Notes under the pieces: generated by a model
The model's input: only the letters and a program-made list of their open reading frames with translations
Database searches by the model: none
What the model was told of the DNA's origin: nothing
Translations under genes and position numbers: made by a program
Assembly (NCBI GenBank): GCA_963717935.1
Contig: CAVQXP010000004.1
Span: 672,001 to 736,000 of the forward strand
Length of the DNA stretch: 64,000 nt
Direction: 5' to 3'
Source: Candidatus Eiseniibacteriota bacterium
Lineage (GTDB): Bacteria; Eisenbacteria; RBG-16-71-46
Part shown: one piece after another, positions 19,722 through 29,117 of the stretch
Position numbering within the stretch: position 1 is the stretch's first letter
How the letters are laid out: the number at the start of each line of letters is the position of its first letter

Positions 19722-22078
19722 ATGGCCGTTACAGGCTCCGTCCTCGCCCTGCTCCTCGCGCTCACCGCCGCGCCCGGCGCCCGCGCCGCGCCGGCGCCCG
19801 GCGATACCGTCGGCACCGATTCGGTGGGTGCTGCCCACCGCGTCGTGCGAAGCTTCCCGCCCATCGAGGTGCGCGCTCCGCTGCGGGACCCCCGGTCGAG
19901 CCAGACGGTGCGCTCGATCTCCGGGACCCGTTGCAGAATTTGCCCGTGGACGGCCTGGTGGAGGCGGTCGGGTTGCAGCCGGGCGTGGTCACCCAGGCGG
20001 GCGAGCTGCACGTGCGCGGCGGACGCGGGGGCGAAACGACGGAGTACCTGGACGGCTTCTGCGTGAGCGAACCGGTGCGGCGGCGCTTGCTGGAGTTGCC
20101 GCTCCTCGCACTGCGCGAGGTGGAGCTGGTGACCGGCGCGCCGGAGGCGCAGTACGGCTGCGGTCTGGCGGGGGCGCTGCAACTGCACTCGGTGGACCCG
20201 GGGCCGCGGTGGTCGGCGGATGCGCGCTGGACGACCGACTTCAGCCTCTCGGACCACTACGACCGGGCGAACGCGCGGGTGAACGTGCCGCTCGGGGGGC
20301 TCGGGGTGGTGGCGGCGGGGGACGCGACGTTGGACGGGACGTGGTACCCGACGCTGCGCTCGCAGACGACCTTCGACCTGGCGGGGCTGTCGGTGGCGCG
20401 ACGGACCGAAGACCTGCTGCAGGCCTGGTTGAAACTGGCGCCGGTGCGGTCGCCGCGCCGGTTCGCGGCGCAGGTCCTCACGAGTCGGCGCATCCACCAG
20501 CCGTACGATCCCGCCTGGACGACCGAACGATGGTCGGCCACGACCGGTCAGCCGCTCTACCGGGCCGCGGACCACCTGCCGATCACCGAGGACCGGCAGG
20601 TCGCGGCGCTGCTGTCGGCAGCGGCCGACGACCGCAACCGGCGCGCGAGCGCCACCCTCGGTTGGATGCGCACGCGCAGCGTGAGTTCGGTGAGCGGGGT
20701 GCGCGAGGATCTCTCGCGTCCGTACTACGTGGGCTACGGGAGCGACCCGTTCCAGGTCACGGCGGGGGACTACCCGCTCTACCGCGAGAGCGACAGCGAC
20801 GCGCTCGCGCTACGCGGCGACGTCGAGCGGGGCGCCCCGAACGGCGCCTCGCGCGTCGTGGTGGGGGCGGGGCTGACGTACGAGGACGTGAGGCTGCGGG
20901 AGATGGACTGGACCGTGCCGACGGTCTTCGGCGACCCGATCCTCGATCGCCTGCGCTCCTACGATGCCCATGCTCCCGGCGGCTACGGTTACGCGCAGGG
21001 GCGTCTGACCTCGAGCGGGCTGGTCGTGAACGGCGGGCTGCGGTGCGAGTACTGGACGCCCGGGCCCGCGGGCCACTCGCAGACCCTGCCGTGGGACGGC
21101 CGTGGGGCGCTCCTGATCTCGCCGCGCATCGGGGTCGCCTGCCCGGTCTCGCCGATGGACGTGCTCTCGTTCTCCTATGCGCACATCTCGCAGGCCCCGG
21201 CGCGCGACTTCCTCTACGACCAGCGCCAGGCGATCAGCAACCGTCAGCCGCTCGGCAACCCGGCCCTGAGGCCCGAGACGGTGGTCTCGTACGAGAGCGC
21301 GTTCCAGCACGTGTTCGGGGTCGAGTGGGCGATGCAGGCCTCGGTGTTCTACCGCGAGTTGTACGACCAGATCGGCGCGCGCGACTACGCCGGGGACGGA
21401 CTGCCGATGGAGCTGCGCTACGACAACGCCGGGAACGGGAACGTCATCGGCTTCGAGTGGAGCCTGGCGTGGTCGGAGGACCGGGCCCGCGCCGAGGCGC
21501 ACTACACCTGGATGGACGCGCGGGGCTACGAGTCCCGGCCGGAGGGGGAGCCGTTCGGGGCGATCCGCTCGGTGCGTGCTCCGGTCACCGGGGACGCCCC
21601 GCTCTCCTGGGACCGGAGGCACTCGATCGTCGTGAGCGCGACCCTGCCGTGGCGCAGGTCCTGGGAGGTCTCGTGGTCCACGCAGGTGGGCTCGCCCCTG
21701 CCGTGGACGCCGCACGGGCTGACCGACACGATCCCCGACCCGTCCCTCATCAACAGCGCGCGGCTCACCTGGAGCGAATGCACGAACGCGAGCCTGCGCT
21801 GGAAGCCGCTGATGACGCGGTCGCTGGTCGTCGCCTGCGAGGTGCGCAACCTGTTCGACACGCGCGGCGAGAACGCGGCGACGCTCGACGGCTACCCCAA
21901 CCCGCTGATCAACACGCGCTGGGACGAGTACGGCGCCCATCGCACCGCGACCGGCCGGGGCGGGGGGGGCTACTGGATGGACACCGGCGGCGGGACCGGC
22001 TACTGGGTCGCGGTGCGCGACCCCCGGCTCTACGAACCGCCGAGGTCGGTCCGCATGAGCATCAGCGGAAGCTGGTGA
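19722..22078 (+). CDS. TonB-dependent receptor (apparent frameshift near 19925)
   Basis: Signal peptide from ATG 19722 (GGAGG RBS) in one frame; plug motif LQPGVV..GELHVRGGR..E..YLDG and barrel motifs (SPRIG, GNPALRPE..VSYE, VRNLFD, C-terminal W) in another frame. Confidence 0.78.
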
Positions 22079-22209
22079 GCCGCACCGAAGGAGCCCCGAT
22101 CGCCCGGGCCGCGGCCCTCACTCGCACCGGCCCCGCGTCGGCGCCGCGGCAGCTCCCGCGCCGGCTTCTCGACCTCGCCGGGCCGCGCGTTGTACAGTCC
22201 GGCTCCGCC

Positions 22210-23007
22210 ATGGAAGACCTCCCGGAGTTGACCAGCGCGATCGTCGCCGCGCGCATCCCCTACGCGAACGTCGCGCCGTTCTATGCGTTGTGGCACGAGG
22301 CGCCCTTCGCGGTGCGCAACCTGGTGCCGCGCGACCTGGGTCGCGAGGCCGAGGCGGGGCGCGTGGACTTCGGCAGCATGGCCGCGGGCGACTACCTGCG
22401 GCTCAAGGACCACTTCGAGCTGATCCAGCCCCCGATGGGGGCGGCGGCGCGCGGCGAGGTGCAGTCGGTGCTGCTCTTCTCGCGCCGGCCGGCCGAGGCG
22501 CTCGCTGGCACGCTCGTCTCGGTCACGCCCGCGACCTCGACCTCCGTGCGGCTGCTGCACCTGCTGCTCGACGTGCGCCGCGGGCTGCGCAACGTGCGCT
22601 ACATCCGCGGCCTCGAGCCCGCGCAGGCCGACGGGCTGCTCATGATCGGCGACGACGCGATGCGCATGCGCAACCAGCGGCCCGAGGGCTTCACCCACAC
22701 GCTCGACCTCGGCACCGACTGGCTGGAGTGGACCGGGCTCTCGTTCGTGTATGCCGTCTGGGCGGTGCGCAAGGCGCTCGAGCCCGGCGTCAAGGCGGCG
22801 ATCGGGCGCTTCCTCGAGACCTCGCTCGCGGCGGGGCTCGCCTCGCTGCCCGAAGTCGCGCGCCAGCAGACCGAGCCGGGCTGGCGGCCCGAGGAGGTCG
22901 AGGCCTACCTGCGGCGCTTCCACTACCGGCTCGGCCCCGAGGACCTGAACGGGCTCGAGCGGTTCGAGGCGCTGCTGCACGCCCACGGCCTGGTCGAGTT
23001 GGACTGA
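22210..23007 (+). CDS. mqnA: chorismate dehydratase MqnA (futalosine pathway)
   Basis: IPYANVAP, GEVQSVLLFS, TSTSVRLL, LMIGDDAM, DLGTDWLEWTGLSFVYAVW; TCGACC-N18-TACAGT promoter at 22169-22198. Confidence 0.88.
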   Translation: MEDLPELTSAIVAARIPYANVAPFYALWHEAPFAVRNLVPRDLGREAEAGRVDFGSMAAGDYLRLKDHFELIQPPMGAAARGEVQSVLLFSRRPAEALAGTLVSVTPATSTSVRLLHLLLDVRRGLRNVRYIRGLEPAQADGLLMIGDDAMRMRNQRPEGFTHTLDLGTDWLEWTGLSFVYAVWAVRKALEPGVKAAIGRFLETSLAAGLASLPEVARQQTEPGWRPEEVEAYLRRFHYRLGPEDLNGLERFEALLHAHGLVELD

Positions 23008-23036
23008 GGCAACCGTGACCGGGCCCCGTCCGTAGG
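23008..23036 (+). promoter_or_regulatory. putative ECF-sigma promoter GGCAAC-N17-CGTAGG
   Basis: AAC 23011-23013, CGT 23031-23033; matches the site before the S41 peptidase gene. Confidence 0.5.
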
Positions 23037-23094
23037 CATCTGCGAGACACGCCGGAGACGATTCCCCGCGCCCACCCGCACCAGGAGCCTCACC

Positions 23095-23904
23095 ATGCCG
23101 GCCATGCACGAAGTGGACTACGAGATCGTCGGTGACGACATGCAGTTCGTGAAGATCGAGCTGGACCCGGGCGAGGCCGTGCTCTCCGAGGCGGGCTCGA
23201 TGATGTACCTCGAGGACGGCATCGAGATGCAGACCATCTTCGGTGACGGCTCGCAGCAGCAGCAGCAGGGCGGTTTCATGGGTGCGCTGCTCAGCGCTGG
23301 CAAGCGCGTCATCGTGGGCGAGTCGCTCTTCATGACCGTGTTCCTCAACCAGGGGCAGGGCAAGCGCAAGGCCGCCTTCGCCGCGCCCTACCCGGGGCGC
23401 ATCCAGGCCATCAAGCTCTCGGACGTCGGGGGCGAGTTGATCGCGCAGAAGGACTCGTTCCTGTGCGCGGCCCGGGGCGTGTCGCTCGACATCGCCTTCA
23501 CCAAGCGCTTCGGCGCCGGGCTCTTCGGCGGCGAGGGCTTCATCCTCGAACGGCTCAAGGGCGACGGCTGGTGCTTCGTGCACGCCGGCGGCGCGCACGA
23601 GGAGCGCACGCTCGCCGCGGGCGAGACGCTGCGCGTGGACACCGGCTGCATCGTGGCGATGCAGCCGAGCGTCGGATACGACATCCAGCTGGTGGGCGGC
23701 ATCAAGACCGCGCTCTTCGGCGGCGAGGGCCTGTTCTTCGCGGTCCTGCGCGGCCCGGGCAAGGTCTGGCTGCAGTCGCTGCCCTTCAGCCGCCTGGCCA
23801 GCCGCATCTACGCCGCCGCGCCGCAGACCGGCCGGGGCGGCCGTGGGGAGGGCTCGATCCTGGGCGGGCTGGGGGATCTGTTGAGCGGCGACCGCGGGAA
23901 CTGA
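23095..23904 (+). CDS. TIGR00266 / AIM24 family protein
   Basis: [64 protein letters not shown]. Confidence 0.92.
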   Translation: MPAMHEVDYEIVGDDMQFVKIELDPGEAVLSEAGSMMYLEDGIEMQTIFGDGSQQQQQGGFMGALLSAGKRVIVGESLFMTVFLNQGQGKRKAAFAAPYPGRIQAIKLSDVGGELIAQKDSFLCAARGVSLDIAFTKRFGAGLFGGEGFILERLKGDGWCFVHAGGAHEERTLAAGETLRVDTGCIVAMQPSVGYDIQLVGGIKTALFGGEGLFFAVLRGPGKVWLQSLPFSRLASRIYAAAPQTGRGGRGEGSILGGLGDLLSGDRGN

Positions 23905-23930
23905 TGTCAGGGAGAGCCGGAGCCTGACAC

Positions 23931-23958
23931 GAGGGGGGCGCCCGCGGGCGCCCCCCTC
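23931..23958. terminator. hairpin between convergent genes (likely bidirectional terminator)
   Basis: Perfect inverted repeat GAGGGGGGCGCCC-GC-GGGCGCCCCCCTC. Confidence 0.65.
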
Positions 23959-23979
23959 ACGATCCCCGCCGGACGTCCG

Positions 23980-24555
23980 CTACAGCTTCGCGCTCTTCTC
24001 CATCACTCCGTAGAGCTTCTCCTCGAGGAAGGCGAAGGGCCGCATCAGCGCGTACGGATCGGGCGCCTCGAGCACGTCCTTGTCGATGGTGGCGCCGACC
24101 ACGCGCAGCAGGATGATGATCTCCTCGCCGTAGACGATCTCGCGCTCGTAGGCGCACTCGAGGTGTGCGCGGCACTCGGCGATGCCGGGCGGTTTCACCA
24201 GCCGGCTGGCGACGGGGGTGAGGCCCGCGGACTCGAGGGTGCGCGGATGCGGGAGTTCCGACGTGGCCCAGGTCTCCGCCGCCAGCTCGGCTCCGGGGAC
24301 GTTCACCACGCACTCGAGGCCGCGGCGCAGGTTCTTCGCGGTCCAGTGGGCGAGGTTGCAGCCCATCGCCAGCAGCAGCGGCCGGAAGATCATCAGCGAG
24401 AGGCAGCTCTTGGGCGCCACGTTCGAGGCGCCGTCCTCGTTGAGCGTGGTGACAAGGGTGACCTGGTTCATGAGCGGGGTGGGGTGCCAGACCATCCGCT
24501 CGAGCGAGAACGGGACCTTCTCCTTCGCCGCCGGGTCGTTCGGGTTCACCGTCAT
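23980..24555 (-). CDS. flavin reductase family protein (DIM6/NTAB)
   Basis: VTLVTTLNEDGASNVAP, TAKNL..ECVVNVP, VKPPGIAECRAHLEC; GGAGGAG RBS before ATG 24555. Confidence 0.85.
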   Translation of the reverse strand: MTVNPNDPAAKEKVPFSLERMVWHPTPLMNQVTLVTTLNEDGASNVAPKSCLSLMIFRPLLLAMGCNLAHWTAKNLRRGLECVVNVPGAELAAETWATSELPHPRTLESAGLTPVASRLVKPPGIAECRAHLECAYEREIVYGEEIIILLRVVGATIDKDVLEAPDPYALMRPFAFLEEKLYGVMEKSAKL

Positions 24556-24661
24556 CGCTCCTCCGCGTCTCGTGCTCGGGGTCCGTGCGTCTCGACCGCG
24601 CGCAGTCTCGCCCCCGGCGGGCGCGGGCGCAAGCGGGCGCCCGTGCTCGCGCCAGTCCGGG

Positions 24662-25771
24662 CTAGGGTCTCTCGACGCGCGGCGCGCTGGGGTGGTGGAG
24701 CGCATCCGCCAGGTCGGGGCAGAAGCCGCCGAGCGCGGGGAAGCGCGCGCGCTCCCGCTCGTAGCGCTCGAGTGCCGCCAGCAGCCTCGGCAGATAGGTG
24801 AAGCCGAGGCGCAGTTGCAGGGCGAGCGCCTTCTCCGCGGCGCGGTCGCCTTCCAGGAGCGCAACGAGCCGCACGCCCACCGCGCGCACCAGGTGCTCGT
24901 CGGCGCAGACCTCCCACCGCGCGTAGCCCTGCGGGAGCATCCGCGCGCGCAGCGGCTCGAAGAGGGCCGAGTCGGCGGCGATCCGCAGGCGGCAGGCCTC
25001 GGGCAGGTTGCCGACGAAGACGTGGGAGAACTCGTGCCACAGCAGGGCCTCGAGCGCGTCCGGGCCCCAGAAGCGCGGCCGCCCGTGGCTCGTCCGCGAG
25101 GGGCCGAGGATGGCGTAGCAATCCACGATCCCCGGCGGGCGCTCGACCTCTGCCGCGTAGCCGCCGGCGTGCAGGAGCGGAGCGAGGATCAGGTGGTAGC
25201 CGTGCTCGCGCACCCCGAAGTAGTCCTCGAGCGACCCCACGACCCTCGTGCGCGGCAGCACCCGCCGCGTCTCCTCGACGAGCCTGCGGAACAGGCCTGC
25301 GTGCGCGGCGTGGAATTCCATGAAGCGGCTCTCGGTGGCGAAGTCACGTAGCGAGTCGAGGAAGGCAAAAAGCTGCCTGCGCCCGCCGGCGCGGGTCTCG
25401 AGGTACACCGAGAAGGGCGCGCGCAGTTCGAGCGCGGGGGGCTCCGCGAGGCGCAGCATCACGGCCGGCGGGGCGTCGTGCGTGAAGCCCTCGCGCGCCA
25501 TCCGCGCGAAGAGCGTGACCGCGGGATGCGCCCGCCACGGGGCGAAGCGCTCAAGCGCCTCCCGCCGGTACGAGAGTCCGGCGCCCCCGAGTTGTTCGTA
25601 GCCGGCCAGGCACTGCACGACGGCGAGCAGTTCGATGCGCGGGTCCACCGAGACCTCGATGCGCGCCGAGGCGTCGCGCGGATCCACGGGGGCCCCGGCA
25701 CGCGCCGGGGCGGCCGCAGCCGGGACGAGCCAGGCCGCGATCAGGCAGGTGAGCGAGAGGAGTCGGACCAT
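24662..25771 (-). CDS. secreted DUF4932-like protein (HExxH zincin-like motif)
   Basis: Signal peptide; VDPRIELLAVV, LRDFATESRFMEF, WHEFSHVF, EHLVRAV. Confidence 0.72.
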   Translation of the reverse strand: MVRLLSLTCLIAAWLVPAAAAPARAGAPVDPRDASARIEVSVDPRIELLAVVQCLAGYEQLGGAGLSYRREALERFAPWRAHPAVTLFARMAREGFTHDAPPAVMLRLAEPPALELRAPFSVYLETRAGGRRQLFAFLDSLRDFATESRFMEFHAAHAGLFRRLVEETRRVLPRTRVVGSLEDYFGVREHGYHLILAPLLHAGGYAAEVERPPGIVDCYAILGPSRTSHGRPRFWGPDALEALLWHEFSHVFVGNLPEACRLRIAADSALFEPLRARMLPQGYARWEVCADEHLVRAVGVRLVALLEGDRAAEKALALQLRLGFTYLPRLLAALERYERERARFPALGGFCPDLADALHHPSAPRVERP

Positions 25772-25813
25772 GGCCGTGCCTCCGGGGTCGGGGATGAGCA
25801 TAGCGCAGAAACG

Positions 25814-25841
25814 CGAAGGCCCGCCGGATGGCGGGCCCTCG
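25814..25841 (-). terminator. intrinsic terminator after the MBL hydrolase gene
   Basis: GGCCCGCC/GGCGGGCC stem followed on the minus strand by GTTTCT. Confidence 0.5.
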
Positions 25842-25868
25842 TCGTCGGAGGCCGCGAGAGTGCCGGGA

Positions 25869-27659
25869 CTACCTGCCGAGCACCACGAGGCGGGTGATGG
25901 CGGTCCGGTCCAGGCCCTCGAGCCGCGCGAAGTAGATCCCGGCAGGCACCGGCGAGCCGCCCGCGCCCGCGAGCGACCACTCGGTGGTGGTCGTGCCCGG
26001 CAGCGCGCGGCCCGAGAACGGCACCGCCACGCAACGGCCGCCGAGGTCGAAGATCTCGAGCCTCACATCGGCCTCGCGGCTCAGCGTGAAGCTGAGGCGC
26101 GTCGAGCGGAACAGCGGGTTGGGTGCCGCGGCGAGCGCGACCTCGTCCGCGAACAAGCCAGCGCCCGCCTCCGGCACGACGGGCGTCGGTGCGAACTCCG
26201 TGACCACCTGCGTGGCGGACGCGCCCTGGCCGTAGTCGTACGTGAAGGCCATGTAGTCGCCGCGGCAGGAGTACGCCTTGTTGTTCAACGCGCCCAGCAC
26301 GCGCGCGCGCACCTCGCCCGTGTTCGAGACGTAGGCTGCCGGCATCGTGGTGGTCCAGGTCGTGGTCACGTCCGTGGTGCCGACCGTGGCCGAGTTGACC
26401 TGCGTCCACGCGCTGGTGAAGAAGTCGTACAGGTAGAGCGTCTGCGTGCGGCTGACCGAGTAGGACCCGTCGTAGGTGAGGGTGAGCTTGACGGGCGGGT
26501 GCGCGAGCGTGGCGGAGCCGTACCAGTCGGTCGTGTACCTGCCCCCCGACCGGGCCGCGTTGATGGTGATGTAGCTGGCGTCGTTCGCGGCGAGCGAGGC
26601 CGCCGAGCCGCCGGCGATCGTGCCGTACAACGTCGTCACGCTCGAGGGCGCGACGGTCTCGGTGACGATGACCGGCGCGACCCCGCTATCGTTGTAGTAG
26701 GTGTCCGTGAAACCGGTGCCCGAGACCGTGTAGGCGGCGCCCGCGCCAGGATCGGCCTGCACGACGATGGTGCCACCCACCTTGTCCCAGCCGTCAAGGG
26801 GCGCCACGCCTTCTCCGGTCTCGGTCCAGTAGGTCTTCACGTTGTGGTTGTGGAGCCGCTCGAGCGCCTCTGCGGTGGGGTGCCCGTAGGAGTTCCCGTC
26901 GCCGACGGAGATGACACCGACCTCTGCGGTCACCGCGCTCAGCCAGCTGTCGATCGACGAGGTGGCCGAGCCGTGGTGGTGGACCTTGTAGACCTCGACG
27001 TCCCCGACCTCGGGGCCGACCGTGGTCTCGACGTCGGAGTCCCAGTCGTCGCCGGAGAGATCGCCGCCCAGGACCTCGTCGAAGGCGCCATAGGTGACCT
27101 TGTAGACCGTGCTCAGCGCATTCTCGTCCGTGCCGAAATAGACGCCCGCGCCGTTCAGGTCCACGCACCTGACCAGGACGGGGTCCGCCGCCCCCGCGTC
27201 GAGTGTGATGACCTGATCCTTCGCGATGGTCGTGCGCAGCGCGCCCAGGGTGTTGACGTAGGTCGTATACGTGGCGGTCGTGTAGGAGCCGCCCCGGTCG
27301 TAGCCCGCGGTGGTCACGGTGATGCCGATGGCCGCGAGGTCGTCGATGCAGCCGATGTGGTCCGAGTGGTAGTGCGTGGTGAAGTGGTACTTCAGGTTCG
27401 TGATGCCGAGACCCTGCAGGTAGGACTTGATGCCGCTGCAATCGGTGTAGGTGCCGTCGTCGAACAGCGCGGTCTCGCCCAGCGGCGAGATCAGCAGGAT
27501 GCCGTCGCCCTGGCCGACGTCGATGTGATGGATCTGGAGCTTGCCATTGCCGGCAGCCAGCGCAAGGGCGGGGACGAGGAGGAGGACGAGGGCGGCGGGG
27601 ACGAAGAGCCGCAGGGAACGGAGGGCACGGCCTGGCCAGCGGACATGGAACCGTCGCAT
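25869..27659 (-). CDS. secreted ComEC/Rec2-like metallo-beta-lactamase-fold hydrolase with C-terminal FlgD/T9SS-like domain
   Basis: HIDVGQGDG, THYHSDHIG, GGDL, KVHHHGS, NSYGHP; C-terminal PNP..TRLSF..VRLEIFDLGGR..W..PAGIYFARL; TGGCAT-N17-TATATT promoter upstream. Confidence 0.85.
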   Translation of the reverse strand: MRRFHVRWPGRALRSLRLFVPAALVLLLVPALALAAGNGKLQIHHIDVGQGDGILLISPLGETALFDDGTYTDCSGIKSYLQGLGITNLKYHFTTHYHSDHIGCIDDLAAIGITVTTAGYDRGGSYTTATYTTYVNTLGALRTTIAKDQVITLDAGAADPVLVRCVDLNGAGVYFGTDENALSTVYKVTYGAFDEVLGGDLSGDDWDSDVETTVGPEVGDVEVYKVHHHGSATSSIDSWLSAVTAEVGVISVGDGNSYGHPTAEALERLHNHNVKTYWTETGEGVAPLDGWDKVGGTIVVQADPGAGAAYTVSGTGFTDTYYNDSGVAPVIVTETVAPSSVTTLYGTIAGGSAASLAANDASYITINAARSGGRYTTDWYGSATLAHPPVKLTLTYDGSYSVSRTQTLYLYDFFTSAWTQVNSATVGTTDVTTTWTTTMPAAYVSNTGEVRARVLGALNNKAYSCRGDYMAFTYDYGQGASATQVVTEFAPTPVVPEAGAGLFADEVALAAAPNPLFRSTRLSFTLSREADVRLEIFDLGGRCVAVPFSGRALPGTTTTEWSLAGAGGSPVPAGIYFARLEGLDRTAITRLVVLGR

Positions 27660-28001
27660 CGGGGGCACCTCTTCTGAGGTTCGTGACGGGGCGTGCGCAT
27701 GTCCGCGCACGCGGTTCCTGAGCCTGCGCGGAATATAGTCGGCTCCCCGGCGCGATGCCAGAGAAAGATGGAGGCGCGGCTGCCCGGCGGCCTCGTCGGG
27801 GCCGCCGCCGGACGGGGCCGCGACCCGCCGGCGTCCCCCTGCGTTCGAAGGACCGGATCCCCGCCCGGGACACAGTCTCCTAGGCCCCGAGTAGCGCATG
27901 GCGACGACTGCGGCCATGGGTGCTACGCTCGGGTTGGCGCTGCGGCGCGGTTCGAATGCCCACGATGGATGGAGCGAGGAGGGCGAGGGGGTGCAGCCTA
28001 G

Positions 28002-29015
28002 ATGACTCCAGCCGGGCCGAGGCGCGTCCTGGCCGTCCGCGTGGGCCGCGGGGGTGATCTGGTCATGATCACGCCCGCGCTGCGCATGTTGCTCGATGGC
28101 CTCCCCGGCGCGGAGCTGGACCTGCTGACGAGCGCCGACGGGCGGCGCATCCTGCGGGGCTTCGATCCGCGCCTGGCGTGTTTTCACCTCTACCACCGGC
28201 GCTTTCCCGGCTCGCTCTTCCTGCGTCCCCGCCTGCGCCGGGCGCTGCGGCGGGAGGGCTACGAGCGGATCTATCTGTTCGAGTCGCATCCGCACTACCG
28301 CTCGCTCGTCGAAGGCGCCGCACCCGAGATCCACTCGCTCGGGATCGCCTCGCCGGGGAGGCACTACGCCGACCGCTGTCTGGACGTCGTCGAGCCCACG
28401 CTCCCGGGCTCGCCGCCACGCGGATGGATCTCGCTTCCGCTGACCGAAGCCGCCCGCGCCGCGGCCGCGCGCTACCTTGCGGTCCACGGACTCGCGGACG
28501 GCGACCGGCTGGTCGGCCTTCACCTGACGTTCAGCGAGTCCGCGCGCGGCCTGTTCGCGGGGCGGCGCGGTCTCAAGAACCGCCGGTGGTCACCCTCCGC
28601 CGGCGCCGATCTGGCGCGGAGGCTCGCCGAGCACGGGCGTTCGCAGGGGCGCCCGATCCGCCCGGTGGTGGACATCCTGCCGCACGAGCGCGGCCTGCTC
28701 GCCGGATTCCTCGAGCGTGCGGGTGATGCCGTCACGGTGCTCTCGGGCCCGCCCGATTTCGAGCGCTACAAGGCGGTGCTCTCGCGGCTCGCGCTGCTGG
28801 TCACGCCCAATACTGGGCCGATGCACGTCGCGGCGGCCGTCGGCACGCCGGTCGTGGCGTTGTTCTCGGGCTGGTCGCCTGCGGAATGCGGACCGTTCGT
28901 GCCGCCCGAGCGCACGCGCATCCTGCGCGCCGAGGACACGGCCGAGCCCGGGCGCGGACTGGCCGCGATCTCCGCCGCCGCGGTCTTCGAGGCCTGCCGG
29001 ACCTTCCTGCCCTGA
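28002..29015 (+). CDS. glycosyltransferase family 9 (LPS heptosyltransferase-like)
   Basis: RVLAVRVGRGGDLVMITPAL; LLVTPNTGPMHVAAAVGTPVVALF. Confidence 0.88.
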   Translation: MTPAGPRRVLAVRVGRGGDLVMITPALRMLLDGLPGAELDLLTSADGRRILRGFDPRLACFHLYHRRFPGSLFLRPRLRRALRREGYERIYLFESHPHYRSLVEGAAPEIHSLGIASPGRHYADRCLDVVEPTLPGSPPRGWISLPLTEAARAAAARYLAVHGLADGDRLVGLHLTFSESARGLFAGRRGLKNRRWSPSAGADLARRLAEHGRSQGRPIRPVVDILPHERGLLAGFLERAGDAVTVLSGPPDFERYKAVLSRLALLVTPNTGPMHVAAAVGTPVVALFSGWSPAECGPFVPPERTRILRAEDTAEPGRGLAAISAAAVFEACRTFLP

Positions 29016-29117
29016 GGGGTGACGGAGCGGCAGCCGTCCCCGGGAACGGGCCCGCGGGGCGCTCGACGCTCCCCGCAGCCCCGTGTAGACTCCGTGCGCT
29101 TCCGGCTGCTCGGAGCC

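Noticed and set aside
19594..23007. 1137-aa ORF read as a giant MqnA fusion
   Set aside because: Only the last 265 aa are MqnA, with their own ATG at 22210 and promoter; the rest is an off-frame shadow of the TonB-dependent receptor.
23254..23268. (CAG)5 tract as a phase-variation repeat
   Set aside because: Short in-frame poly-Gln in a flexible linker; a length change would not shift the frame.
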